DNA of 41,089 nt from Bacteroidia bacterium. GTDB lineage: Bacteria > Bacteroidota > Bacteroidia > NS11-12g > UBA955. Below are positions 9,716 to 17,602 of the stretch, one piece after another. Below the pieces are notes generated by a model. The model made no database searches. It was not told the DNA's origin and saw only the letters and a list, made by a program, of their open reading frames with translations. The stretch's first letter is position 1. Each line of letters starts with the position of its first letter. The stretch is from contig JACMRS010000185.1 of NCBI GenBank assembly GCA_014376345.1, positions 1 through 41,089 on the forward strand, given 5' to 3'. The position numbers were made by a program, and so were the translations under genes.

Positions 9716-9891
9716 GTTTTATTTAATTTCTGATGAGGTGTTTCATTTGTTTTCATAAATATCCGGATGCCAGATGAATGATCATTTTAACTGAATTTTC
9801 ATTTTACCTGAATCTGAAATTTCTACGAAGATATAAATTTCCTTTAAACACCAAACAAGCTTTTCGCTCAAGGGCATGATTTTATGATAAC

Positions 9892-10518
9892 TTACAGTTT
9901 CTTGTTAATTTTCACTGTAACCGTTTTATTTATGTAATCACCTTGGTCTTCGTTAAAATATTCAATTCGAAACCTGAATTTAGTATTATCAACTTTAGTG
10001 ATCAGATTTTTATAGCTGTCTTGTTCATATCTGTTATTTTGTGCAAGCCTTACCCATTTACCATTATAATAAGACATAATATAAATATTAACATGTGTTC
10101 CAATAAACCATCCCGTTTGAAAGATAATTTCATTTATGCCATCACCATCCAGATCTTTTGTTTTTTCGACAAATCCCCATATTGAATTTTCGATAGTAAA
10201 TTCAGGTAGCTTACATGAAAATCTGACCCTGTTATAATCGAAATTATCCACAAATCCTTCAAACATTGAATCTGATGTTATTGATGTATCACTGTATCCA
10301 TAATAAGGCGGATAATAAATAAAAGCAGTATCACTGATTTTATCGTTATTGATGTCACCTAAAATAAATGGTCTCCATTCACCCGCAACCAGAAATTTCT
10401 CATTCTTTTTCTTAATAGTAATTGTATCCTTAACAGAAATTGTTTTAGCTTTATCTGTAGGACTGTTACAACAATTAAGACTTAATAAAACAAACGAAGT
10501 GAGAAAGTAGTGTTTCAA
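9892..10518 (-). CDS. Hypothetical lipoprotein with FG-GAP/VCBS-like Asp-rich loops
   Basis: Leader ..FVLLSLNCC. GDINNDKISD and DLDGDGINEIIF Ca-binding-like loops. Apparent TTG start, with no nearby in-frame ATG. Confidence 0.55.
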   Translation of the reverse strand: MKHYFLTSFVLLSLNCCNSPTDKAKTISVKDTITIKKKNEKFLVAGEWRPFILGDINNDKISDTAFIYYPPYYGYSDTSITSDSMFEGFVDNFDYNRVRFSCKLPEFTIENSIWGFVEKTKDLDGDGINEIIFQTGWFIGTHVNIYIMSYYNGKWVRLAQNNRYEQDSYKNLITKVDNTKFRFRIEYFNEDQGDYINKTVTVKINKKL

Positions 10519-10612
10519 ATTCTGCTGGCCTAATTTAATAATTATGTTTTATTGCTTAAAATGTCTTTTAAATCTTATCCGGTTTGCAACTTGCTTTAGA
10601 ATGTTTTAAAAA

Positions 10613-11668
10613 TTATTTCCCCTCACCATACATCTCCTGATAATAATCTTTATAAGCACCACTTGTTACATGCTCCAGCCACTCCGAATTTTCAAGATAC
10701 CAATCTACTGTTTTTTCTAAACCTTCTTCAAATGTTACAGATGGTTTCCAGCCTAATTCCTGCATTAGTTTTCCTGAATCAATAGCATACCTGAAATCAT
10801 GACCGGCTCTGTCGGTAACATAAGAAATTAACTTCTCAGATTCACCCGAACTTCTGCCGAGTTTCCTGTCCATAATACCACAAAGTAATTTTACCAGATC
10901 AAGATTTTTCCACTCGTTGTTGCCACCGATATTATAAGTTTCTCCAACCTTCCCTTCATGAAAAATTAAGTCAATAGCCTTTGCATGGTCCTCTACAAAT
11001 AGCCAGTCACGCACATTTTCACCTTTGCCATAAACCGGCAACGGTCTGTTATTTTTAATATTATTTATGAATAAGGGAATCAGTTTTTCAGGAAAATGAT
11101 GCGACCCGTAATTATTAGAACAGTTGGAAATCTTAACAGGCAAACCATAAGTTTCATGATAGGCGCGAACGAAATGATCACTCGATGCTTTTGAGGCTGA
11201 GTAAGGCGAGTTAGGACTGTAAGAAGTACTTTCAGTAAACTTTCCCGAATCGCCCAGCGTGCCATAAACCTCATCTGTACTCACATGATAAAATATAAAA
11301 TCAGGATTTGTTTTATACAATTCTTTTGCTGCATTCAACAAATTGACAGTACCGATTACATTTGTCATTACAAATTCCAAAGGATTTGTAATGCTGCGGT
11401 CTACATGACTTTCAGCAGCAAGATGCACCACACCGTCAAATTTTTCTTCAGCAAAAAGCTTCGAAATAAATGCAGCATCAGTAATGTCTCCATGCACAAA
11501 TCTGTAATTTTTATTGTGATCAATGTCTTTCAAATTTTCAAGATTGCCGGCATACGTCAGCTTATCAAGATTTACAATTGTATCTCCAGGGTGTTCAGTA
11601 ATAAAACGTCTCACAAAATGTGAACCGATAAATCCTGCACCACCAGTTATTAATATTTTACGAGACAT
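10613..11668 (-). CDS. rfbB: dTDP-glucose 4,6-dehydratase
   Basis: ILITGGAGFIGSHF Rossmann motif, the STDEVYG and YSASKASSD catalytic region, and an extended-SDR RmlB-like C-terminus. Confidence 0.95.
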   Translation of the reverse strand: MSRKILITGGAGFIGSHFVRRFITEHPGDTIVNLDKLTYAGNLENLKDIDHNKNYRFVHGDITDAAFISKLFAEEKFDGVVHLAAESHVDRSITNPLEFVMTNVIGTVNLLNAAKELYKTNPDFIFYHVSTDEVYGTLGDSGKFTESTSYSPNSPYSASKASSDHFVRAYHETYGLPVKISNCSNNYGSHHFPEKLIPLFINNIKNNRPLPVYGKGENVRDWLFVEDHAKAIDLIFHEGKVGETYNIGGNNEWKNLDLVKLLCGIMDRKLGRSSGESEKLISYVTDRAGHDFRYAIDSGKLMQELGWKPSVTFEEGLEKTVDWYLENSEWLEHVTSGAYKDYYQEMYGEGK

Positions 11669-11669
11669 T

Positions 11670-12539
11670 TTATTTGACTTTAAGAATATTCATTTCATAA
11701 ATTAATGTTGATTCAGGTGGTACAATGCCCTCAACGCCATTGCTGCCAAAACCCTGATCAAAAGGCAGTATAAACTGACCCTTTTCGCCTGCACGCATTT
11801 TCATCAGCATCGCATTTAAACCAATCGGCAGTTTTTGTTTTCCAACTTCAATAATAACACTTTTACCCGAACTGTAAGTGTTCACAAACTCAACCTCATC
11901 AAGCAGTTTGCCGATGCAATGAAACTCAACTGTATCACCTTCCTGAATAAATGGCTTGTCTGTTTTCTGAATAATATTGTACATAATCCCAGTTGCAGTA
12001 TCAGTCTTCATTACCAGGTAACTATTCTTTTTCAGATAGTCGTTGATGTTGTCAATTTCATTCTGATAACGCTTAAGTTTTTCCTGATTATAAATAGCCT
12101 CAGCTTCAAGTGGTGTCAGTATTGCAACAGTTTTAATTACGATTTTAATGTCACTACCCGGTTTGATAAAAGCAGGCAAAGTTTCTTTTTTAGTGACGGT
12201 GTAAAACGAATCTGCAGATACCATAAAACGCGCACTGTCGCCAGGACTCAACATGCCCAGAGCCTCCATAAAATCACCACCTTTATGAGTAGGATTGTTA
12301 AGGATAAGTATGGCAGGCGATTTGCCGAAATTTGAAAATACCAGTGAATCATTGCTCGTACTGATGCTGTAAAAACACTGAACAATATCACTCTTTACAG
12401 GCAGTTTTTGATTGTCAGAATGTTTCAGCACTTTAAAGCGCAAGCCACTTTCCGTTTTACCATAATTATTACAGGAAATAAGACCTGTTATCAGCAGAGT
12501 TAGTGAAGCTAAAAGTATCAGTTTAAAACCTGTTTTCAT
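11670..12539 (-). CDS. FKBP-type peptidyl-prolyl cis-trans isomerase lipoprotein
   Basis: Lipobox LISC. C-terminal FKBP core (GDTVEFHCIGKLLD..EF.NTY....V.IEVG.....GLN..L.KMRAGEKG.FILP...GFG..G..G.VPP.STLIYE..ILKV), preceded by a second degenerate FKBP-like half. Confidence 0.85.
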   Translation of the reverse strand: MKTGFKLILLASLTLLITGLISCNNYGKTESGLRFKVLKHSDNQKLPVKSDIVQCFYSISTSNDSLVFSNFGKSPAILILNNPTHKGGDFMEALGMLSPGDSARFMVSADSFYTVTKKETLPAFIKPGSDIKIVIKTVAILTPLEAEAIYNQEKLKRYQNEIDNINDYLKKNSYLVMKTDTATGIMYNIIQKTDKPFIQEGDTVEFHCIGKLLDEVEFVNTYSSGKSVIIEVGKQKLPIGLNAMLMKMRAGEKGQFILPFDQGFGSNGVEGIVPPESTLIYEMNILKVK

Positions 12540-13552
12540 GATGTTAATTCTTTAATATGTAAAGGAAGTACTTTTTTAAATCTTGCAACTGTCTCTTCCA
12601 GAGTTTCAGTACTGCTGCCGCCTGCAGCGTTAATATGACCACCACCATTAAAGTGAAGTCTTGCAAATTCATTCACATTAAAAGTACCTTTCGATCTGAA
12701 ACTCATTTTCACCAGTTTGCCCCTATCAATTATCAGAACCGCCAGCCTGATGCCGTTAACTCCAAGACCGAAATTAACAAGTCCCTCAGTATCACCTGTC
12801 TGACTTTCATATTCCTTCAGCTCATCGCTTGTAATCGTTATCAGTGCAGTGTTGTAGGAGCGCATTATCTCCAGTTTTTTACTTAAAGCATAGCCGATAA
12901 AGCGCACCCTGTTTTCAGTAAAACTATCAAAAAGGCGTTCCTGAATATCAACATGATCCACACCCAGCGAGATTAGTTCAGCCGCAATTTTATGTGTTTC
13001 GGCTGTACAGTTGCTGAATTTAAAAGAGCCGGTATCCGTCATAATACCTGTATACAAACAGCTCGCAATCTCTTTATTCATCAGGTTTTTAAGTCCCGAC
13101 TTATCAATCAGTCTGAAAATAAGTTCACACGTACTGCTTGCTTTAGGATCCCAGAAACTCAGGTGTTCAAATTTCTGAGGAAGTTGGTGGTGGTCTACCA
13201 AAATTAATTTCGCCGTACTCTCTTTCACCCGCTCACCCATTTCGTTAATGCGACTCAGGTTATTAAAATCCAGGCAGAAAATATAGTTAGCTTCCGCGAT
13301 CAGTTTATTTCCAACAACTTCATTTCCCTCATAAATAATGACAGATTCGTTACCCTTCATCCAGGAAAGAAAAGCAGGGTAGTCGGTAGGAGTGAGCACC
13401 TGCGAAGGAATGCCCGCAGCTTTCAGAAATAAGTGTAACCCCAGCGAAGAGCCCATAGCATCTCCATCCGGTTTATGGTGAGTGGTAATCACAATTTTAA
13501 CATTTTCCCCCGCCTGTTTAAGTTCAGCGAGTAATATAGCAGCCTGTTCCAT
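12536..13552 (-). CDS. nrnA: DHH-family bifunctional oligoribonuclease / pAp phosphatase NrnA
   Basis: HHKPDGDAMGS, DHH (LVDHHQ) and DHHA1 GGGH.NAAGG motifs. ATGA overlap with the downstream FKBP gene. The ATG at 13552 is preferred over the track's TTG at 13579. Confidence 0.85.
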   Translation of the reverse strand: MEQAAILLAELKQAGENVKIVITTHHKPDGDAMGSSLGLHLFLKAAGIPSQVLTPTDYPAFLSWMKGNESVIIYEGNEVVGNKLIAEANYIFCLDFNNLSRINEMGERVKESTAKLILVDHHQLPQKFEHLSFWDPKASSTCELIFRLIDKSGLKNLMNKEIASCLYTGIMTDTGSFKFSNCTAETHKIAAELISLGVDHVDIQERLFDSFTENRVRFIGYALSKKLEIMRSYNTALITITSDELKEYESQTGDTEGLVNFGLGVNGIRLAVLIIDRGKLVKMSFRSKGTFNVNEFARLHFNGGGHINAAGGSSTETLEETVARFKKVLPLHIKELTS

Positions 13553-13613
13553 TCTTGTATTTACTGCAAAAATGGTCAAAAAAGGGCAATAATCAAATGA
13601 ATAGTTCGGAAAG

Positions 13614-13678
13614 AAATTACGAATTGAGGGAGAATTAATGAAATTACGAATTACGGAATTATGAATTAAGAATTGAGG
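13614..13678 (+). repeat. AATTACG-type repeat array L1 (AATTACGAATT orientation)
   Basis: AAATTACGAATTGAGGGAGAATT...GAAATTACGAATTACGGAATTATGAATTAAGAATTGAGG. It is in inverted orientation relative to L2, on the other side of the four-helix-bundle gene. Confidence 0.8.
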
Positions 13679-13700
13679 CTGATTAATATTGAATTGACAA

Positions 13701-14061
13701 CTACAAATTTCGTGCTTTGATGGTTCTTTGGCTACTTCCTGTTATTTTTTGAAGTACCAATACATCGTTTAATAAACTTTCACTTTGATCATAAGATAAA
13801 TAGCCGGTATCTATCAATAATCGAATCCAGTAATGTGTTTCTCTGGTTTCTTTGTATGAAATAGTTAGTTTAGCAAAAAAATCCTTTTCACTTTGTCCAC
13901 CAATTGCCTCTTCAACATTTGCACCTATTGAAGTCCCGCATCTCAGCAATTGTTTGCTTAAGTTAAATTCTCTTTTTTCATCACACAAATACTGATATAC
14001 TTTAACAATACGAACTGCAAATGCATAGCTTTTCTGTTGAATAAGATTGTTTTTTTTTCAT
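13701..14061 (-). pseudogene. Four-helix-bundle protein (23S rRNA intervening-sequence protein family), frameshifted in an A9 tract next to the start codon
   Basis: The C-terminal 95 aa match the family (LLRCGTSIGANVEEA.GGQS.KDF..KL.IS.KE.RET.YW..L). In-frame sequence upstream of the track start encodes ..NNLIQQKSYAFAVRIVKVYQYL, the family's first helix. It is cut off from the ATG at 14059-14061 by an in-frame TGA. With A8 instead of A9 (14050-14058) the frame opens as MKKNNLIQQKSY... Confidence 0.7.
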
Positions 14062-14153
14062 AGGTATTGAGGTTAAATGTCCTACTTGCAGATCTTAAAG
14101 TATCCATTGCAGGTACTATTAATACAAATATAATCACTTTTTAAATCAAATTA

Positions 14154-14235
14154 AATTCATGATTATTTTCTTCATTCATAATTCTGTAATTCATGATTCA
14201 GTAACCCATTCGTAATTCGTAATTAAATCCCCCTC
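14154..14235 (-). repeat. AATTACG-type repeat array L2 (ATTCGTAATT orientation)
   Basis: ...TTCATAATTCTGTAATTCATGATTCAG...CATTCGTAATTCGTAATTAAATCCCCCTC. Its reverse complement shares AATTACGAATTACG, GAATTATGAAT and GAGGG.GA blocks with L1. Confidence 0.8.
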
Positions 14236-14339
14236 ACCAACTAGTTTTATTCAGTTGTAAATTAATTCCTTCGCCATGCTTTTAATTAAGGGCAGGCCTT
14301 CAGAATAACAAGGCTCTAGAAGATAAATCAGAAATTTTT

Positions 14340-14385
14340 CATTCGTAATTTGTAATTCCGTAATTCGTAATTAAATTCCCTCCCC
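14340..14385 (-). repeat. AATTACG-type repeat array L3
   Basis: CATTCGTAATTTGTAATTCCGTAATTCGTAATTAAATTCCCTCCCC. It overlaps the last codons and the stop of the CDS at 14371-15135. Confidence 0.8.
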
Positions 14386-15135
14386 AACAGCCTTCAAAAC
14401 CTCTTTCACTTTTAATAAATCTGCTTCTGGGTTGCGGACGATTTTATGCTGATTGTCATTTTTGAACAAGTCGTACGATATAGATATTAGTTTTATGCCA
14501 TGTAATGGCAATTCTGTAGCTCTTCGTTGATCGTAGATAAGGCGCTGTTCTCCTCTGTGTACACCGCTGACTGTTGTTACATCCTGTTTATCGAAAATGG
14601 CGTGAGAAACAGTGTGTTGCGATTCTTTATACTCTATCACCAATTGGTAACTTGGGTAATAAGCATCAACCGGCAATTTGGTTCTCGAAAAACCATCTTT
14701 ATGCAAATCTCCTAAAAGAAAATCAAAACGTTTCTGACGCTCAGCCTTTTCTCCTAATACCTTATCACACAGATCCAGGACGTAGGTTTCATCACTCTGT
14801 AAACGCATTTGATTGGCGGTTTCCTTTTTAACAGAAACCTGCTCTTTGTAAAAGGTAGTAGGGGCAGATTCATTTTTAGGAATAAAATACCAATATGTAT
14901 TGGCCTCTTTGCGCTCCGCATGCAAGAATGGAATGAGTGACAGCTGATCGTCACTGTCTAATTCTCTAAGAACATCACGAAGAGGTTTTCCGTTTTTATG
15001 GTCTTTTTTAAAGATACCCGCTTTAATAAATTCCGGCATCAGTTCTTTAGCCGGCACAATTTTAAGTCCAGAGTTGTTAACGAAAAATGCTTCAATAGCG
15101 TTGTTAATATTTTGTATTATTGATTTGTCTGTCAT
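14371..15135 (-). CDS. Hypothetical protein with a C-terminal Vsr/DUF559-like (PD-(D/E)xK restriction-endonuclease fold) motif
   Basis: 254 aa with ATG start. KLPVDAYYPSYQLVIEYKESQH fits the D-x11-E-x-K / (V)D(F)...(V)E(V)DG..H pattern of DUF559/Vsr-like nucleases. I do not recognise the N-terminal ~130 aa. Confidence 0.45.
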   Translation of the reverse strand: MTDKSIIQNINNAIEAFFVNNSGLKIVPAKELMPEFIKAGIFKKDHKNGKPLRDVLRELDSDDQLSLIPFLHAERKEANTYWYFIPKNESAPTTFYKEQVSVKKETANQMRLQSDETYVLDLCDKVLGEKAERQKRFDFLLGDLHKDGFSRTKLPVDAYYPSYQLVIEYKESQHTVSHAIFDKQDVTTVSGVHRGEQRLIYDQRRATELPLHGIKLISISYDLFKNDNQHKIVRNPEADLLKVKEVLKAVGEGI

Positions 15136-15190
15136 TGTTTTTTTTTAAAGTGAACCCTCGCAGTTCACCTCTGTATTTGCAATCCTGTAA

Positions 15191-15616
15191 TTACTTAATA
15201 TAATTAGGAGATTCGCACATTTGCCAATACTCAACGATGGTTTTTAAAACATTTTTTAAACCCTCCATACTTGTTGGTTTTACAAAGAAACCTTGAATTG
15301 ATTTAGAGTATGCATCAATAACAGCTTCTTGCTCTGCGCTTGTAGTAAAAAATAAATATGGAATAGTTTTGATACGGATATCCTCATTTTCATGAATCTG
15401 ATTTCTTAGTTCCATACCATTAAGTTTAGGCATATTGATGTCTGAAAAAACGATAAAAGGCTCAGTTGTTTTTGCAGTCAGGTAAGCGAGCGCTTCTTGT
15501 CCGTCATTAAAAAAAACAATTTCATTTTTGTAATTGAGTTCTTTAAATACTTCGCTAAACATTTCCTGATCATCAGAGTCATCTTCAACAATAATAATTG
15601 CACCTTTTTTATTCAT
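15191..15616 (-). CDS. Stand-alone response-regulator receiver (CheY-like)
   Basis: IIVEDDSDD acidic pocket, phospho-acceptor VFSDINMP, FFTTS and FFVKP signature residues. No output domain. Confidence 0.85.
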   Translation of the reverse strand: MNKKGAIIIVEDDSDDQEMFSEVFKELNYKNEIVFFNDGQEALAYLTAKTTEPFIVFSDINMPKLNGMELRNQIHENEDIRIKTIPYLFFTTSAEQEAVIDAYSKSIQGFFVKPTSMEGLKNVLKTIVEYWQMCESPNYIK

Positions 15617-15724
15617 TTTTATTTTATTTTTTAATTTACAAATGTATGCTTATAAAATCATTTAATACTCAAGTAAATGTGCGGTTAAATGGGGTTGTAA
15701 GGTGAAATCTAGCGTTTCAAGCCA

Positions 15725-16024
15725 TTATAAAAAAGTAAGTCCGATTGTTTTATTTAATCCAAGTTCAAAAATTCTGATTAATGTAGACAATTGAATATTG
15801 CCTTTTGCATTTTCTATTTTAGAAATATAACTTTTTTTGGTGCCAGTTTTTTCTGCAAGTTGTTCCTGAATTAAATTTGCTTTTTTTCTTGCTTCTTTTA
15901 GCATTTCACTGATAATAAACATTTGGGAATTCTCTTCGTATTTATATCTCTTTTCAGTTCCTGTTTTTCCGTTTTCAACTTTAATGAGTTGATCAAATGT
16001 GTTTATGTTATCGTACTTTTTCAT
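15725..16024 (-). CDS. XRE-family helix-turn-helix transcriptional regulator (antitoxin-like architecture)
   Basis: LKEARKKANLIQEQLAEKTGTKKSYISKIENAKGNIQLSTLIRI is a canonical HTH_3 motif. It has an N-terminal ~35-aa extension, as in HigA-like Bacteroidota proteins. No partner toxin ORF is visible. Confidence 0.8.
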   Translation of the reverse strand: MKKYDNINTFDQLIKVENGKTGTEKRYKYEENSQMFIISEMLKEARKKANLIQEQLAEKTGTKKSYISKIENAKGNIQLSTLIRIFELGLNKTIGLTFL

Positions 16025-16076
16025 GTTTTTTTTAAAGAGTTACGTTTTAAAAAATGAGACCAAATCATAATTTGTA

Positions 16077-16116
16077 TCCCCTAATTCGTAATCTGTAATT
16101 CCCTAATTCGTAATTC
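16077..16116 (-). repeat. AATTACG-type repeat array L4
   Basis: TCCCCTAATTCGTAATCTGTAATTCCCTAATTCGTAATTC, lying between the stop of the REC gene (16120) and the start of the HTH gene (16024). Same orientation as L2 and L3. Confidence 0.8.
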
Positions 16117-16119
16117 TTT

Positions 16120-16521
16120 TCAAAAATACCCTCTCAGTTCCTCAACATTCAAAGGTTTGCTAAGTATGGCTTTAACAAATGGATCGGCTAATGCTTTCTC
16201 CTGATCGCCTTTATCAATGGTAGAGGAGAGTAAGAATAATGTAGAAGCACTAGTTATTTTTTCGGGAAGCTTCGCATACTCTTCTAAAAATTCAAAACCA
16301 TTCATTCCCGGCATTTGTATATCCAAAAGAATGATGTCGGGAATCAGTTTTTCGTTTTCTGCATTTGCTTTTAGGTATTCAAGGGCTTCTGAACCCGAAT
16401 TATAAGTTAAAGTTTTTGAAGCAGCCTTGTTAAGCTCCAGAATTTTTACCACAACAAAAATGTCAAGCTGATTGTCGTCAACGCACATGTAAAATGCATT
16501 CAGATAATCATGATTTTTCAT
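16120..16521 (-). CDS. Stand-alone response-regulator receiver, last gene of the phosphorelay operon
   Basis: CVDDNQLD, phospho-acceptor ILLDIQMPGMNGFE, LLSST and ILSKP. 14-nt overlap with the upstream hybrid kinase gene. Confidence 0.85.
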   Translation of the reverse strand: MKNHDYLNAFYMCVDDNQLDIFVVVKILELNKAASKTLTYNSGSEALEYLKANAENEKLIPDIILLDIQMPGMNGFEFLEEYAKLPEKITSASTLFLLSSTIDKGDQEKALADPFVKAILSKPLNVEELRGYF

Positions 16522-17599
16522 TCGGAATTGTTATTTTAAATGTAAGTCCACCTTCGATATTTGTTTCTACCGAAACAGAGCCTTTTAAAAGATCCACAGC
16601 TTCTTTAACAATATAAAGACCAATGCCGGTGCCGCTGTTGTTATTCTGAGCCTTAAAAAACATTCTGAAGAGCTTATCTTTGTCTTCCTCACGGACACCC
16701 GATCCATTGTCTTCAATCGTAAATCTGGCTTCTTTTTTATCTGTTTCAACACTGATCCTGATTCTTTTATCAGGATTGTCCTGCCTTTGAAATTTAACTG
16801 CATTAGAAAGCAGGTTCCCCAAAATAATTCTCACTCTGAAGGGTGTACTGTAAAAAGTTTCTTCAATGCGGTAATCTTTAATAATGCTTACCGAGCCAAA
16901 ATTGCTGTAATTAGATATGCTGCCGAGAATCTCGTCAACCATTTTCTCCAAATTTACTTCTGAATGCGAAGCGTCAATTTTTTTATTCTGATGGTATTCT
17001 ATAATGTTTCTTATAAAAATATCGAGCTTTTCAACACTCTGACCAATCATGCCAAAATACTCCATCAGCTTTTCAGTGTCTGCACCAAAACCTGCAATGT
17101 TAACAATGCCAAGTATCGACATCAGTGGTGCCCTCAACTCATGCGAAACACTATAAACAAAACGACTCAGCTCCTGATTGGCTTTGTCGAGTGCCGCAAT
17201 TTTTTCTGTAAGTACAGATTCTGTCATGTACTTTTGATACGCATTATCAATAGTAATTTTTAATAAGTTAACATCCCATGGTTTGTCTAAAAATTGATAA
17301 ACACCACCTTTATTGATTGCCGCAATAGCAGCTTCCATATCAGAATATCCTGTTAAAAGAATTTTGATTGCTTTAGGATATTTTGCTGTAACAATTTCGA
17401 AAAACTCCACACCTGTCATGCTTGGCATACGTTGGTCTGAAATGATAACTTGATATTCTTTGCTTTCCAGTTTTTTCAAGCCTTCAACGCCACTAATGGC
17501 AGTAGAGATGTTATACTCGCGTCTGAAAGTAGCCATGAAAGAATTAAGATTCTCCTCTTCATCGTCTACATATAATACAGTCACCTTGTTATCCTTCAT
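16508..17599 (-). CDS. Cytoplasmic hybrid response regulator / histidine kinase (REC-HisKA-HATPase_c)
   Basis: REC domain (VLYVDDEEENL, IISDQRMP, LLTGYSD, LDKPW). H-box SHELRAPL, N-box LLSNAVKF, G1 EDNGSGV, G2 GTGIGLYIV. No TM segments. Confidence 0.9.
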   Translation of the reverse strand: MKDNKVTVLYVDDEEENLNSFMATFRREYNISTAISGVEGLKKLESKEYQVIISDQRMPSMTGVEFFEIVTAKYPKAIKILLTGYSDMEAAIAAINKGGVYQFLDKPWDVNLLKITIDNAYQKYMTESVLTEKIAALDKANQELSRFVYSVSHELRAPLMSILGIVNIAGFGADTEKLMEYFGMIGQSVEKLDIFIRNIIEYHQNKKIDASHSEVNLEKMVDEILGSISNYSNFGSVSIIKDYRIEETFYSTPFRVRIILGNLLSNAVKFQRQDNPDKRIRISVETDKKEARFTIEDNGSGVREEDKDKLFRMFFKAQNNNSGTGIGLYIVKEAVDLLKGSVSVETNIEGGLTFKITIPNEKS

Positions 17600-17602
17600 G
17601 GT

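Noticed and set aside
15136-15148. A8-A9 runs immediately upstream of the start codons of 14371-15135 and 15725-16024, considered as possible phase-variation tracts.
   Set aside because: They lie in the untranslated leader. A-rich leaders are the normal translation-initiation context in Bacteroidota, which largely lack Shine-Dalgarno sites. Only the A9 tract inside the four-helix-bundle gene has a frame consequence.
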